A stretch of 64,000 nt of DNA, taken from a virus. Lineage: Duplodnaviria; Caudoviricetes. Positions 1 to 8,813 of this stretch are shown here, piece by piece. Every line of letters begins with the position of its first letter. The first letter of the stretch is position 1. A model generated the notes under the pieces. That model saw only the letters and a program-made list of their open reading frames with translations. It was not told the DNA's origin and made no database searches. The stretch lies in the IMG/VR virus record IMGVR_UViG_3300034418_011920, positions 1,669 to 65,668 of that record, one strand, 5' to 3'. The position numbers and the translations under genes are program-made.

Positions 1-2
1 TA

Positions 3-887
3 GCTCCAGCATTAACGGTTGATAACCTAAAATTAGACGGAAACACATTAAGTACTACAAATACTAATGGTAGCTTGATTTTAGAACCTAACGGTAACGG
101 ACCAATACAGTTAACAAGCTATGGAAATTCAAGAGGAACTTATGCAGTAGATTTACAGCGATTTAAAACCAATGTTTCACAAGTCGCTACTGGTTTTTAT
201 GCTGCAATCTTAGGCGGGATGGGAGGTACAGCGACACACCTTGGCTCCGCTATAATAGGTGGAGCACTTAATCAAGCCACTGCTAATTATGCTACAGTTA
301 TAAACGGCGCTAGTAATCAAGCAGTTGCGGTAAATTCTACAATATTGGCTGGCAGCAACTGTTATGCTGGAGAACAAAGCAGTGTTGCAATGGGGTATGC
401 TAAAACAATAAGATGGGGTGAAATTGCCAGTGCTATTAGTGGTGGTAACAATACTGCTGGTGCGTCACAGCAAGGTACTGTAGTTTTAGGAGACTTAGTT
501 TCAGCTAACAGTACATTTGAGTTAACAGCAAATGGTGTCAATGCTCTAAATACTTCTAGCACTTTCACAAACTATTTTAAGATTCCAGATGCTACTCTAG
601 TAAATTTTGATGTACAAGTTAGTTTAATTAGTTCAACAAACAACGATTTGGGAGGATGGTATAATGCTAGGGGTGGTATTATTGTAAAAGGAAGTCCAGC
701 AGCAGCAGCACTAGTTGGCCCTCTTATCGAAGAGTATCATTACGACATTTCGGGAACTGAGGTAATTGTTGACGCAAATTCAAGTACTGATTATAGATTA
801 AGGGTACGAGTCACTGCTCCAACTTCCCATAGTATGTATGCATGTGCTACAATTAGATATACCCAAATGAGTGCCGGTACACCATAA
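3..887 (+). CDS. tail fibre-like protein, 5'-truncated by the window edge
   Basis: The frame is open from position 3 (APALTVDNLKLDGNTLSTTNTNGSLILEPNGNG, a motif typical of phage fibre proteins). It continues into G/A/N-rich beta-roll-like repeats (AAILGG..., SAIIGG..., ATVING...). Confidence 0.65.
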   Translation, partial: APALTVDNLKLDGNTLSTTNTNGSLILEPNGNGPIQLTSYGNSRGTYAVDLQRFKTNVSQVATGFYAAILGGMGGTATHLGSAIIGGALNQATANYATVINGASNQAVAVNSTILAGSNCYAGEQSSVAMGYAKTIRWGEIASAISGGNNTAGASQQGTVVLGDLVSANSTFELTANGVNALNTSSTFTNYFKIPDATLVNFDVQVSLISSTNNDLGGWYNARGGIIVKGSPAAAALVGPLIEEYHYDISGTEVIVDANSSTDYRLRVRVTAPTSHSMYACATIRYTQMSAGTP

Positions 888-901
888 TAAAAGGAGCGAT
901 A

Positions 902-1255
902 ATGAGTATTATTAGTAATATACAAAATGAATTACAGGGAAATCAAGTTGAAATTATCAGAGCTAAAACCAAAGCAGATACAATTAGAAACACAACAGTT
1001 GCAATTTATGAATCCATGAAAGAAGCCTTTAATCAAGGTTCTACAATGTTTTGGGCTAGTCAAGATGCTACTCCTGAAGATATTGCTGCCTATCTTGGCA
1101 CTAACGCGAGCGGCATATTTTATTTACATGCAAGACTAGGAGAAGTTTTAGCGTTGGTTGATCCATCTGGGATTGCAGAAGGATTAAGTGTTGTTGGTGA
1201 ATATACACAAAACGGAGACGGTTCAATAACGATCATTCAGCCTTCTGGAGAATAA
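902..1255 (+). CDS. hypothetical protein (fibre-associated, possible chaperone)
   Basis: 117-aa ORF with an AAGGAG RBS, lying between fibre-like genes. Confidence 0.55.
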   Translation: MSIISNIQNELQGNQVEIIRAKTKADTIRNTTVAIYESMKEAFNQGSTMFWASQDATPEDIAAYLGTNASGIFYLHARLGEVLALVDPSGIAEGLSVVGEYTQNGDGSITIIQPSGE

Positions 1256-1257
1256 TC

Positions 1258-1623
1258 ATGCCTATAGATTATAATAATAATCCTATACAAAGGTTTACAG
1301 AGGTAACAGAAACTGTTGCTATTAGTTCAGGCTCTTTGACATTAAATCTTAATAATGCTACAACTTTTTTAGTTAATAGAAATGCAAATATTACAAGTAT
1401 AACTATAAGCAATCCTAACTCGTCTGGCACTTCTCATAGTTTCAGTATTATTTTTACTCCTAATGGATCTTCATATACCGTTAGCTGGCCTGCTAGTGTA
1501 AAATGGGCTGGCGGTTCAGCTCCTAGCTTAACTACAACTTCGGGCAAAAAAGATATTTTACATTTTACAACCGTTGATGGAGGAACAAACTGGTATGGAT
1601 TTGTTGGAGGTTTAAACTTCTAA
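1258..1623 (+). CDS. virion fibre-associated beta-sandwich protein
   Basis: Contains WPASVKWAGGSAPSLTTTSGKKDILHFTTVDGGTNWYG, a module common at the C-terminus of phage fibre proteins. Confidence 0.65.
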   Translation: MPIDYNNNPIQRFTEVTETVAISSGSLTLNLNNATTFLVNRNANITSITISNPNSSGTSHSFSIIFTPNGSSYTVSWPASVKWAGGSAPSLTTTSGKKDILHFTTVDGGTNWYGFVGGLNF

Positions 1624-2513
1624 TGACACCCTTTTTCTATAGATTAATAAATCTTGGTGGTTGTAGCGGTCTTCCAGGAACAGTTATTAGTGCTGGAATG
1701 TCGGAAAATCCACCCTCAACAGCTGGATGGGATTGCGATACCGGTATGACCGACTGTACATATGCTTCTGGCACGATAATATGGGGGGCTCCGAGCGATT
1801 CTGGAGGATGTCCAATAATTGGATATAAAGTTGGTAGATATGATTATAGTTTAATAACTCCGGAAAATGCTGATCCACCCTATGATCATGGTGACCAGGC
1901 TAGATATACATATGGAGATTTGAATTCAGCTCCAGACAATTTTACTTTAAACGGTTCTGGAGGTACTGCATTTTGCTCAGGAGCTGATGCTACCGATGGA
2001 AGCAATATAGGTCCTGATACTTATAGTATAACTTTTAGCGGGTTGACATGTGGAACATATTGGAATTATGCCGTAGCTGCTGTTAATACTTATGGAACCG
2101 GCCCTTGGAGAACAATATCTGTTAATGGTAATACTGGTGGTTTTGGTGGTCCTATTGATCCTATAAATATAACTACTTCAGGTAATTATGTAGACTTAAC
2201 ATACGATACAGATGAATGTAGCGAAAATTGTTCCACTATTATTAGCATAGTAGCTATAAGTGGATATCTTTTCGATGCTGGAACAAGTCCAACAACAACA
2301 GAACTTATTAATCAAACGGAAACGCCAGTTGCTACTACCTCTTCTTCAACAAGAGGAGAACTACAATTTCTTAATCCAATTGATCCAGGTGTAAGCGGAT
2401 TATACGAAGCCTATGTTGTAGAAACATATTTAGTACAGGTTGGTTCTGGCAACGATATATGTAGAAATGTTATTCCCGATTGTGGTAAAATTTACTGGTA
2501 CTTAGAGGGATAA
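1623..2513 (+). CDS. fibronectin type III domain virion protein
   Basis: FN3 motifs WGAPSDSGGCPIIGYKV and TFSGLTCGTYWNYAVAAVNTYGTGPW. TAATG overlap with the upstream gene. Confidence 0.7.
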   Translation: MTPFFYRLINLGGCSGLPGTVISAGMSENPPSTAGWDCDTGMTDCTYASGTIIWGAPSDSGGCPIIGYKVGRYDYSLITPENADPPYDHGDQARYTYGDLNSAPDNFTLNGSGGTAFCSGADATDGSNIGPDTYSITFSGLTCGTYWNYAVAAVNTYGTGPWRTISVNGNTGGFGGPIDPINITTSGNYVDLTYDTDECSENCSTIISIVAISGYLFDAGTSPTTTELINQTETPVATTSSSTRGELQFLNPIDPGVSGLYEAYVVETYLVQVGSGNDICRNVIPDCGKIYWYLEG

Positions 2514-2531
2514 TTTCTCAGAATATCAATG

Positions 2532-2556
2532 GTGTATTAAAGTATATAAAATACAC
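2532..2556 (+). promoter_or_regulatory. GTGTAT motif, putative phage late promoter (also a GTGTATT...AATACAC inverted repeat)
   Basis: GTGTAT followed by an AT-rich tract recurs in three of the larger intergenic gaps of the structural operon (2532, 5304, 8735). Confidence 0.4.
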
Positions 2557-2575
2557 ACAAAAGAAAGGTCAATAT

Positions 2576-3109
2576 ATGTACTGGGAAATCGAAATTCCAA
2601 TTATTATCAGATCTCTCATTAATGATTTGGGAGCAACGCCCACATATAGTGACGATAGAATTTTACAACTTTCTGTAGTCGCTGCTAATTATGTAACAAA
2701 AGAAGTTAATCTTTCAAAAGAATACAATGTCGATATAATAAATGTCGATATTATTCCGGATCCAAGCGAAAATTCTACCAGAGATACAGACTTTATTAGT
2801 TTTATCGCTCTTAAATCAGCTTGTCTTTTAGATCAAAGTACTTTCAGAACAAAAGCTGCCCTAGAAGGAATAAAGACTTCGCTCGGCTCTGCTAATATTA
2901 GTGTCGCTGGAAATTTAGCTGGATATAAAACTCTTCTCGAAATGGGGCCATGCAAACTATATGAACAATTAGTAATGGATCATAATATAGGAAACGCTAC
3001 AGCTGTTAGGGCTATTCTTAGTCCGTTTGTTGGTAATGATTTTGATCCTAGAGCATTATCTAGAGGTTACTATGGAATAGGTCCATATGGCAATGATATT
3101 TACGGGTAA
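2576..3109 (+). CDS. putative head-tail adaptor
   Basis: 177-aa helical protein (IRSLINDLG..PTYSDDRI), first gene of the neck cluster before the tail tube. Assigned by synteny and motif. Confidence 0.5.
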   Translation: MYWEIEIPIIIRSLINDLGATPTYSDDRILQLSVVAANYVTKEVNLSKEYNVDIINVDIIPDPSENSTRDTDFISFIALKSACLLDQSTFRTKAALEGIKTSLGSANISVAGNLAGYKTLLEMGPCKLYEQLVMDHNIGNATAVRAILSPFVGNDFDPRALSRGYYGIGPYGNDIYG

Positions 3110-3111
3110 TC

Positions 3112-3675
3112 ATGAGCATAGACTTCACTTCACTGCAAAACTTATACAAAAATCAGATAGATATGTTGTTAGCCAGTACGGGTTTAACAACCAAATGCTT
3201 ATTGAATTATGGCATTAGTAAGAAGTCTCTTTGCCCAAACTGTATTTACGACAGTAATCTCAAAAAGTCTTCTAACAAATATAAGCCTGGTGGTCCTAGA
3301 CAATTTACAAGTGGAAGGATTTGCCCATATTGTAATGGTACAGGGTATTATGGGGTTGTGACTGTAGAAGAGATTTATGTTGCAGTAATCTGGGACTATA
3401 AAGATTGGGTTATCAAACCGATTAATATAGAGAATCCATCTGGTATGATTCAAACAATTTCTGATAAGACTTTATTTGCGAAGTTCAAGAAATGCAAAGA
3501 TCTAACTGTAGTGTATTCTTCTGTAAATAGTAATCCTTTATTTCGTCTTTATGAAGAACCCACACCGGCTGGTCTAGGCGATAATAATTATCTTATTGTA
3601 AATTGGGAAAGAATAGGAACAAGCAGCATAACAGAGCCTATGGTTAGTGGAAGCGCTAAACCTACTTGTGGATAA
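3112..3675 (+). CDS. putative head-closure/neck protein with CxxC...CxxC motif
   Basis: CPNC and CPYCNGTGY motifs; located after the adaptor. Confidence 0.45.
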   Translation: MSIDFTSLQNLYKNQIDMLLASTGLTTKCLLNYGISKKSLCPNCIYDSNLKKSSNKYKPGGPRQFTSGRICPYCNGTGYYGVVTVEEIYVAVIWDYKDWVIKPINIENPSGMIQTISDKTLFAKFKKCKDLTVVYSSVNSNPLFRLYEEPTPAGLGDNNYLIVNWERIGTSSITEPMVSGSAKPTCG

Positions 3676-3678
3676 GCC

Positions 3679-4305
3679 ATGAAATTTGAAATAGAAATAA
3701 AAGAAAACGAAAGACAAATCAGTAAGAAAATACTGAAAGCTTTGATTCCAGAAGTAGACAAATTCATGAAAAAAGCTGTTTCTGAAGTAAAAAAAGATCT
3801 GCCAATTATTTTAAGAAATGCTATTATGAGTAGCGAAACATATTATGCGTTAGTTGGCGGAAAGCTTAGGTTTGAGCTCGGTATACCAGACTCAATATCA
3901 AAATTAGATGCTCTAATAAGTATTTGGACTAATGATGTAAATGTCACATATGTAAAACCAACATTAATTGGGTCAGATAAAATATTTGCTTTTTTTAGCG
4001 TTGGTTTGGTACAATCTGATTATTCTGATGTATTAGGAACAAATTATGCGCAGGTCTATGATAAGAAGGGGTATTATTTACCTTGGTTACAATGGCTTTT
4101 ATTTGAAGGCACCAAACCTTTAATCTCTACACATAAAGTTGTTTTTACTCGTGGCGGTAGAACAGGTGGTGCAATCATGAGAAAGCCTGGCTCTTGGAGT
4201 ATTCCGATCGCATATGCTGGCACAGCAACAGACAATTGGATTACAAGAGCGATTGATGATTCAAGTCCGCAAATAGAAGACTTACTCAAAAGGATATTTA
4301 AATAA
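3679..4305 (+). CDS. putative tail completion/neck protein
   Basis: Synteny, plus WLQWLLFEG and a C-terminal NWITRAI segment resembling Ne1-type tail completion proteins. Confidence 0.4.
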   Translation: MKFEIEIKENERQISKKILKALIPEVDKFMKKAVSEVKKDLPIILRNAIMSSETYYALVGGKLRFELGIPDSISKLDALISIWTNDVNVTYVKPTLIGSDKIFAFFSVGLVQSDYSDVLGTNYAQVYDKKGYYLPWLQWLLFEGTKPLISTHKVVFTRGGRTGGAIMRKPGSWSIPIAYAGTATDNWITRAIDDSSPQIEDLLKRIFK

Positions 4306-5291
4306 TGGTATGTTCATCAAATAAACCAACTAGCACTTGTTCTTCTTCTTTGCTATTTAAAGGAGTAAATGCAATATCAGAAGATCTTCTTTTGAATGTC
4401 GTAGAAGCAAACTTCAAAACCTTTTTTGATTGGGCTTTTTTGAATCTCGGAGCATGGTTTGATGCTACAATAGACGAATATACAATATACAGCTCAGGAT
4501 TTTCTCCCGCAACACTTCTTCCTGTTGTTGATGAGGCTTATGAGGATGGTCAAGTTTGGCAGGGAATGAGGAAGGATTGGGTTTGGGAAACGGGATGCTT
4601 CATGGATGATTCGGCCCCCATAGAAATATCAGGATTATATATCAATAATACTTACTATCCACATAGCTCTTCGGGTGATTATTTTATTGACTACCCAAAT
4701 GGAAGAGTAGTTTTTGATACAGCTATCGATACATCCTCTTCTGTAGAACTAAATCACAGTTATAGAAATATTCAGATTTATAGGGCTAGCGATAGCCCCT
4801 GGTTCAGCACTTTACAATTTAATAGTTATAATCCTGGAGATTTAGACCTACAAAGATCAGAAGATGGGAATTGGAGTATTGATGGAATTCATAGAGTTCA
4901 ACTTCCAGCGATAGTTATAGAACCCATATCCAGATCGCAATCTAGACCATTTGAAATAGGCTCAAGATCATTAATTGTCCAACAAGACATAGGATTTTAT
5001 GTATTAGCAGAAACAAAGAACGAGAGGAATAAACTCCTAGACATTCTTAGACTGCAACAAGATCTAACAATGAAACTCTATGATACTAATTCTTTAGCTC
5101 AAAGCGGAGAATATCCACTAGATTATCGTGGTGATATTAATTTAAGTGGAGTTATGTATCCAGATATGGTACAAAATTATTATTGGAGAAAATGCGAAAT
5201 AAAATCAGTTAACTTATTTGAAATCGAATCAATAAACCCCGAATTTCACCAAGGTTTAGCTAGGGCGACGATAGAAATAATTTCAAACTAA
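4305..5291 (+). CDS. putative tail terminator-like protein
   Basis: Immediately upstream of the tail tube. Contains LPAIVIE and AETKNERNKLLDIL, plus a YFIDYPNGRVVF beta motif. Confidence 0.45.
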   Translation: MVCSSNKPTSTCSSSLLFKGVNAISEDLLLNVVEANFKTFFDWAFLNLGAWFDATIDEYTIYSSGFSPATLLPVVDEAYEDGQVWQGMRKDWVWETGCFMDDSAPIEISGLYINNTYYPHSSSGDYFIDYPNGRVVFDTAIDTSSSVELNHSYRNIQIYRASDSPWFSTLQFNSYNPGDLDLQRSEDGNWSIDGIHRVQLPAIVIEPISRSQSRPFEIGSRSLIVQQDIGFYVLAETKNERNKLLDILRLQQDLTMKLYDTNSLAQSGEYPLDYRGDINLSGVMYPDMVQNYYWRKCEIKSVNLFEIESINPEFHQGLARATIEIISN

Positions 5292-5303
5292 GGGTTGTTT
5301 TTT

Positions 5304-5320
5304 GTGTATATAGTATTTAT
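5304..5320 (+). promoter_or_regulatory. GTGTAT motif, putative late promoter upstream of the tail tube gene
   Basis: GTGTATATAGTATTTAT in the intergenic gap. Confidence 0.4.
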
Positions 5321-5360
5321 AGCCCCTTAAATTAATGTTCATCTTCAACGGAGATAAATT

Positions 5361-6479
5361 ATGGCCAACAAACGTATTTATTATGCAATCCAACAAGTTC
5401 GAATCGGAAGCGGCGATAGTGTAGACGCGCTTCATGGTTTACAGAGCGTTGGAATGACAACAAACTTCAATCTAGAGCAAGTTTTCGAGCTAGGTCAGCT
5501 AGAAATTTATCAGAATCTAGAAGAAATTCCAGATATCGAAATTACTCTTAATAAGGTTCTTGATGGATATCCGCTCGTTTATGTAGCAGCTACAGAGAAT
5601 GGGGCTGCTGGTATCGCTAATTCCGTAGCTACTAGCCCAACACTTACTGGTCGTCAAAACGCTCGTTGTGATGTTGAGCTATCCATCTTTGATGACGATC
5701 AGGTAAGTTGCTCAGGCACTTCTTTAGTCTCAAATTACTCAATTGTTACATGCTCTGGAATGTATGTTTCTAGCGTTAGCTATACTTTCCCAGTTGATGG
5801 AAACTTTACAGAAGACGTAACTCTTGTTGGAAACGATAAGATCTGGAGCTCCAGTTCAGATGTTGGTCAGTTTGACACCAATGATGACGAACCAATTGCT
5901 CCAACCAAGGTTAATCGTCGTCAGCACCTAGATATGGCGAATTCACGTTTCCCATCAGAAATTCCAGGTGTCAATGGTAGCGGTTACGTTGCTGACAGTG
6001 GAGATGCTGGAGAAGGTTTCACAGCCCACTTCCAGAACATCACTGTAAGTTGCGATTTTGGTCGTGAAGCTATCAACGAACTTGGTCGTTTTGCTCCTTA
6101 TCATCGTTATGTTACCTTCCCAGTTGAAGTAACTTCAGAATTCGAAGTTCTTGCTGTACAGGGTGACGGTATCAATGCTACAGAAGATGGCTACTACAAG
6201 GGTAATGACGAGGTTGCTACAGCAAGCGATACTGGATGTGATGTTTATCGTTACAATCTTAAAGATCAGAGTATCTATCTAGTTAGTTGTGAAGGCACTA
6301 AGATCGGTCTTGGTAATAAGAATAAGCTTTCTTCAGTGAACTATACCGGTGGTGATACTGGTGGTGGAAATGTCACAGTTACCTACAGCTATAGCAACTT
6401 TAACAGCTTTACAGTTGCTCACAGTGGTGGTAATTCAACTTTCTATTCTAACCTCACCGGTCCTGTTTATACTGGTTAA
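5361..6479 (+). CDS. major tail tube protein
   Basis: Two tube-fold half-repeats (GLQSVGMTTNFNLEQVFELGQLE and FQNITVSCDFGREAINELGR). Codon choice resembles highly expressed genes (CGT, GGT, TTC). Located before the chaperones and TMP. Confidence 0.75.
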   Translation: MANKRIYYAIQQVRIGSGDSVDALHGLQSVGMTTNFNLEQVFELGQLEIYQNLEEIPDIEITLNKVLDGYPLVYVAATENGAAGIANSVATSPTLTGRQNARCDVELSIFDDDQVSCSGTSLVSNYSIVTCSGMYVSSVSYTFPVDGNFTEDVTLVGNDKIWSSSSDVGQFDTNDDEPIAPTKVNRRQHLDMANSRFPSEIPGVNGSGYVADSGDAGEGFTAHFQNITVSCDFGREAINELGRFAPYHRYVTFPVEVTSEFEVLAVQGDGINATEDGYYKGNDEVATASDTGCDVYRYNLKDQSIYLVSCEGTKIGLGNKNKLSSVNYTGGDTGGGNVTVTYSYSNFNSFTVAHSGGNSTFYSNLTGPVYTG

Positions 6480-6518
6480 TTAATTGTAGGCAAAAAGACA
6501 TAGGAAATTTCGTGGACA

Positions 6519-7556
6519 ATGGATGACAGAACAATTAGTTTATACCTATCTAGAATATTATCTGGGTTTTACATTTTTATCTATAACAACAAGAAATACA
6601 AACTTGTATACCCAGATATTAATCTAAAGTATGAAGCAGATTTTTACGTTCAAGAAGAATATGATCGACTCAAGTATAATGATTGGATTAACGAAGATGA
6701 ACTTGTAGTACACTTGGTCGATCTGGGGTTATGGGACTTTAATGGTGACGTAATACTAAAAGCCTTAGAAACACAGATAGAAGACACAAAGATAGAACTA
6801 TACAAAAGTTTTTTAGATCCGAAGAAGGTCAAAGCTCTAAAAAAACATCTGGCCGGATTAGATCGGAAATACAACCAATTGTATGCAGACAAACATGCTC
6901 TAGACCATATCACATTGAACGGATACTGCAACAAGATTAAAAACTACTTTTTATTGTCAAGAAGTATTTTTGATATGGACAACAATAGGATTTTCAACGA
7001 TAATAATACAAACATAAGGCTATTAGACGATATCTCTGGTCATATATTAGTGAACAATATAGAAACTTCAACATTCAAAAAGATAGCAAGAAGCAATATT
7101 TGGAGAAACTATTGGGGGGCAAATCAAAATAATTTATTTGGAAGACCAACAGTAGACTGGACAGACGAACAGAAAACATTGGTTGTTATCAGTAAGATGT
7201 ACGATTCAGTATATGAACATCCAGAAAGTCCTTCAGAAGAAGTTATAGAAGATGACGATATGTTGGATGGATGGATGATATTAAAGAGAAGAGAAAACGA
7301 AAAACACAAAAACCAAAAGAGAACAGAAGAAATGCTTCCGAAGAGCATGCAAAATGCCCAAGAAGTTTTTATTGTAGGAAAATCACAAAAGGAAGTACAA
7401 AACATTTATTCTTTGAACGATCACCAAGGAAGAGGAGTTATTAAGGAGAGAAAAGAAATCTTAAAGAAATCAGGAACAGTAAAAGAACAACATTTGCCAG
7501 ATGTGCAAAGAGATATATTAACCATGTCTAACGAGCAAAGAAAGCAAAGGAGATAA
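6519..7556 (+). CDS. putative tail assembly chaperone (long form)
   Basis: Lies between tail tube and TMP; charged and helical; distantly paralogous to 7838..8719. Confidence 0.5.
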   Translation: MDDRTISLYLSRILSGFYIFIYNNKKYKLVYPDINLKYEADFYVQEEYDRLKYNDWINEDELVVHLVDLGLWDFNGDVILKALETQIEDTKIELYKSFLDPKKVKALKKHLAGLDRKYNQLYADKHALDHITLNGYCNKIKNYFLLSRSIFDMDNNRIFNDNNTNIRLLDDISGHILVNNIETSTFKKIARSNIWRNYWGANQNNLFGRPTVDWTDEQKTLVVISKMYDSVYEHPESPSEEVIEDDDMLDGWMILKRRENEKHKNQKRTEEMLPKSMQNAQEVFIVGKSQKEVQNIYSLNDHQGRGVIKERKEILKKSGTVKEQHLPDVQRDILTMSNEQRKQRR

Positions 7557-7557
7557 G

Positions 7558-7845
7558 ATGGATGAAGACCAAGAGAATATTCTAAGAAAAAGAATACAAA
7601 CAACCATGATTGGTGCATTACACGAATTCGAAAAAAACTTTGGATATTTATGGGGGCAAGATAAATCAGAAGACGAAGAACTTTCGGATAAAGAAGACAG
7701 GTTTTTAGACATTTGGGAAGAAACAAGAAATAGAATTCTGAATAATGGTAATAATCAATTGAGAAAAGCCATATCAGAAATAAATAAGATAAAAGGAAAA
7801 ACTAAATATAGTTACAAGTTTTACAGAAAGGGCGACAATGAGTAG
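7558..7845 (+). CDS. hypothetical protein
   Basis: 95-aa helical ORF tightly packed in the operon. Confidence 0.65.
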   Translation: MDEDQENILRKRIQTTMIGALHEFEKNFGYLWGQDKSEDEELSDKEDRFLDIWEETRNRILNNGNNQLRKAISEINKIKGKTKYSYKFYRKGDNE

Positions 7846-8719
7846 AAAATTTAAAGTCAAAGATGTGGAATTACAAGTAGTTTCTCCGTCAGCAGCGGAC
7901 AACAGAGAAGCGAATAAGGTTTACAATCAGGCCTTTAACGATGCTCTAAAGTCTAAAGCTATTGTCAGGGCAAGACTAGACGATATTCTAAAAGAACAAG
8001 GCTTATGGGACGACGCCAAGCAAGCGGAGTACAATACTCTACAAGCCAAATTACTAGAATCCGAAAGACAACTCAAAAAAGGTGGCATCACCCTAGCCAC
8101 AGCTAAGGAAATAGCTTTACAAATGAAGAGGGACAGAGAAACTCTTCGTGAACTTATTAGTGATAGAACCAGTCTCGATAACCATACGGCAGAAGGACAG
8201 GCGGATAATGCTAAGTTTAATTATTTGGTATATGCTTGTACTGCATATGGAGATAATCCATCTAAGAAATATTTTGCGTCTTATGATGATTATCAAAAGA
8301 GATCCTCAGAACTAGTAGCAATTATGGCCGCTCAACATGTTGCTAATTTTGTTTATGGTCTAGAAGATGATTATGAGTCTAAGCTTCCAGAGAATAAGTT
8401 TTTGAAGGACTATCGCTTTGTTGATGATTCGGGAAGACTTGTTAATAAAGAAGGAAAATATGTAGACACCGAAGGAAGACTTATTGATAAGAACGGAAGA
8501 TATATCGATGAAGAAGGTAATTTTATTGATAAGCAAGGGAATAGAGTTGACGAAGAAGGAGAATATATTGTTGAATTTACTCCATTCTTAGACGACGATG
8601 GTAAGCCTGTTACTCTTGCGTCTGACGAACCAGAAGAAGAGTCAGAAGTGGTTGAAGAAAAACCGAAGAAGGCTAGAAAAACTGCTAAAAAAGCGGTTGA
8701 AAAAGCGTCTGCGGAATAA
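7838..8719 (+). CDS. putative tail assembly chaperone with 7-residue DxxG repeats
   Basis: Directly upstream of the TMP. Shares GLWD and LDxxTxxG motifs with 6519..7556. Repeats at 8423-8570; acidic then Lys-rich tail. Confidence 0.55.
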   Translation: MSRKFKVKDVELQVVSPSAADNREANKVYNQAFNDALKSKAIVRARLDDILKEQGLWDDAKQAEYNTLQAKLLESERQLKKGGITLATAKEIALQMKRDRETLRELISDRTSLDNHTAEGQADNAKFNYLVYACTAYGDNPSKKYFASYDDYQKRSSELVAIMAAQHVANFVYGLEDDYESKLPENKFLKDYRFVDDSGRLVNKEGKYVDTEGRLIDKNGRYIDEEGNFIDKQGNRVDEEGEYIVEFTPFLDDDGKPVTLASDEPEEESEVVEEKPKKARKTAKKAVEKASAE

Positions 8720-8734
8720 AAACAGTCCTAAATA

Positions 8735-8762
8735 GTGTATATTAATATTGTAATATTACTAT
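8735..8762 (+). promoter_or_regulatory. GTGTAT motif, putative late promoter upstream of the TMP gene
   Basis: GTGTATATTAATATTGTAATATT in the intergenic gap. Confidence 0.4.
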
Positions 8763-8813
8763 TAGCTCCACCTCTTTGGAAGGGTTAAGGAGATACTTTA
8801 GGAACAATAAGAT

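Noticed and set aside
7500-8813. Programmed -1 frameshift in the tail chaperone genes
   Set aside because: No convincing slippery heptamer with a suitable overlapping downstream frame. Each ORF has its own start.
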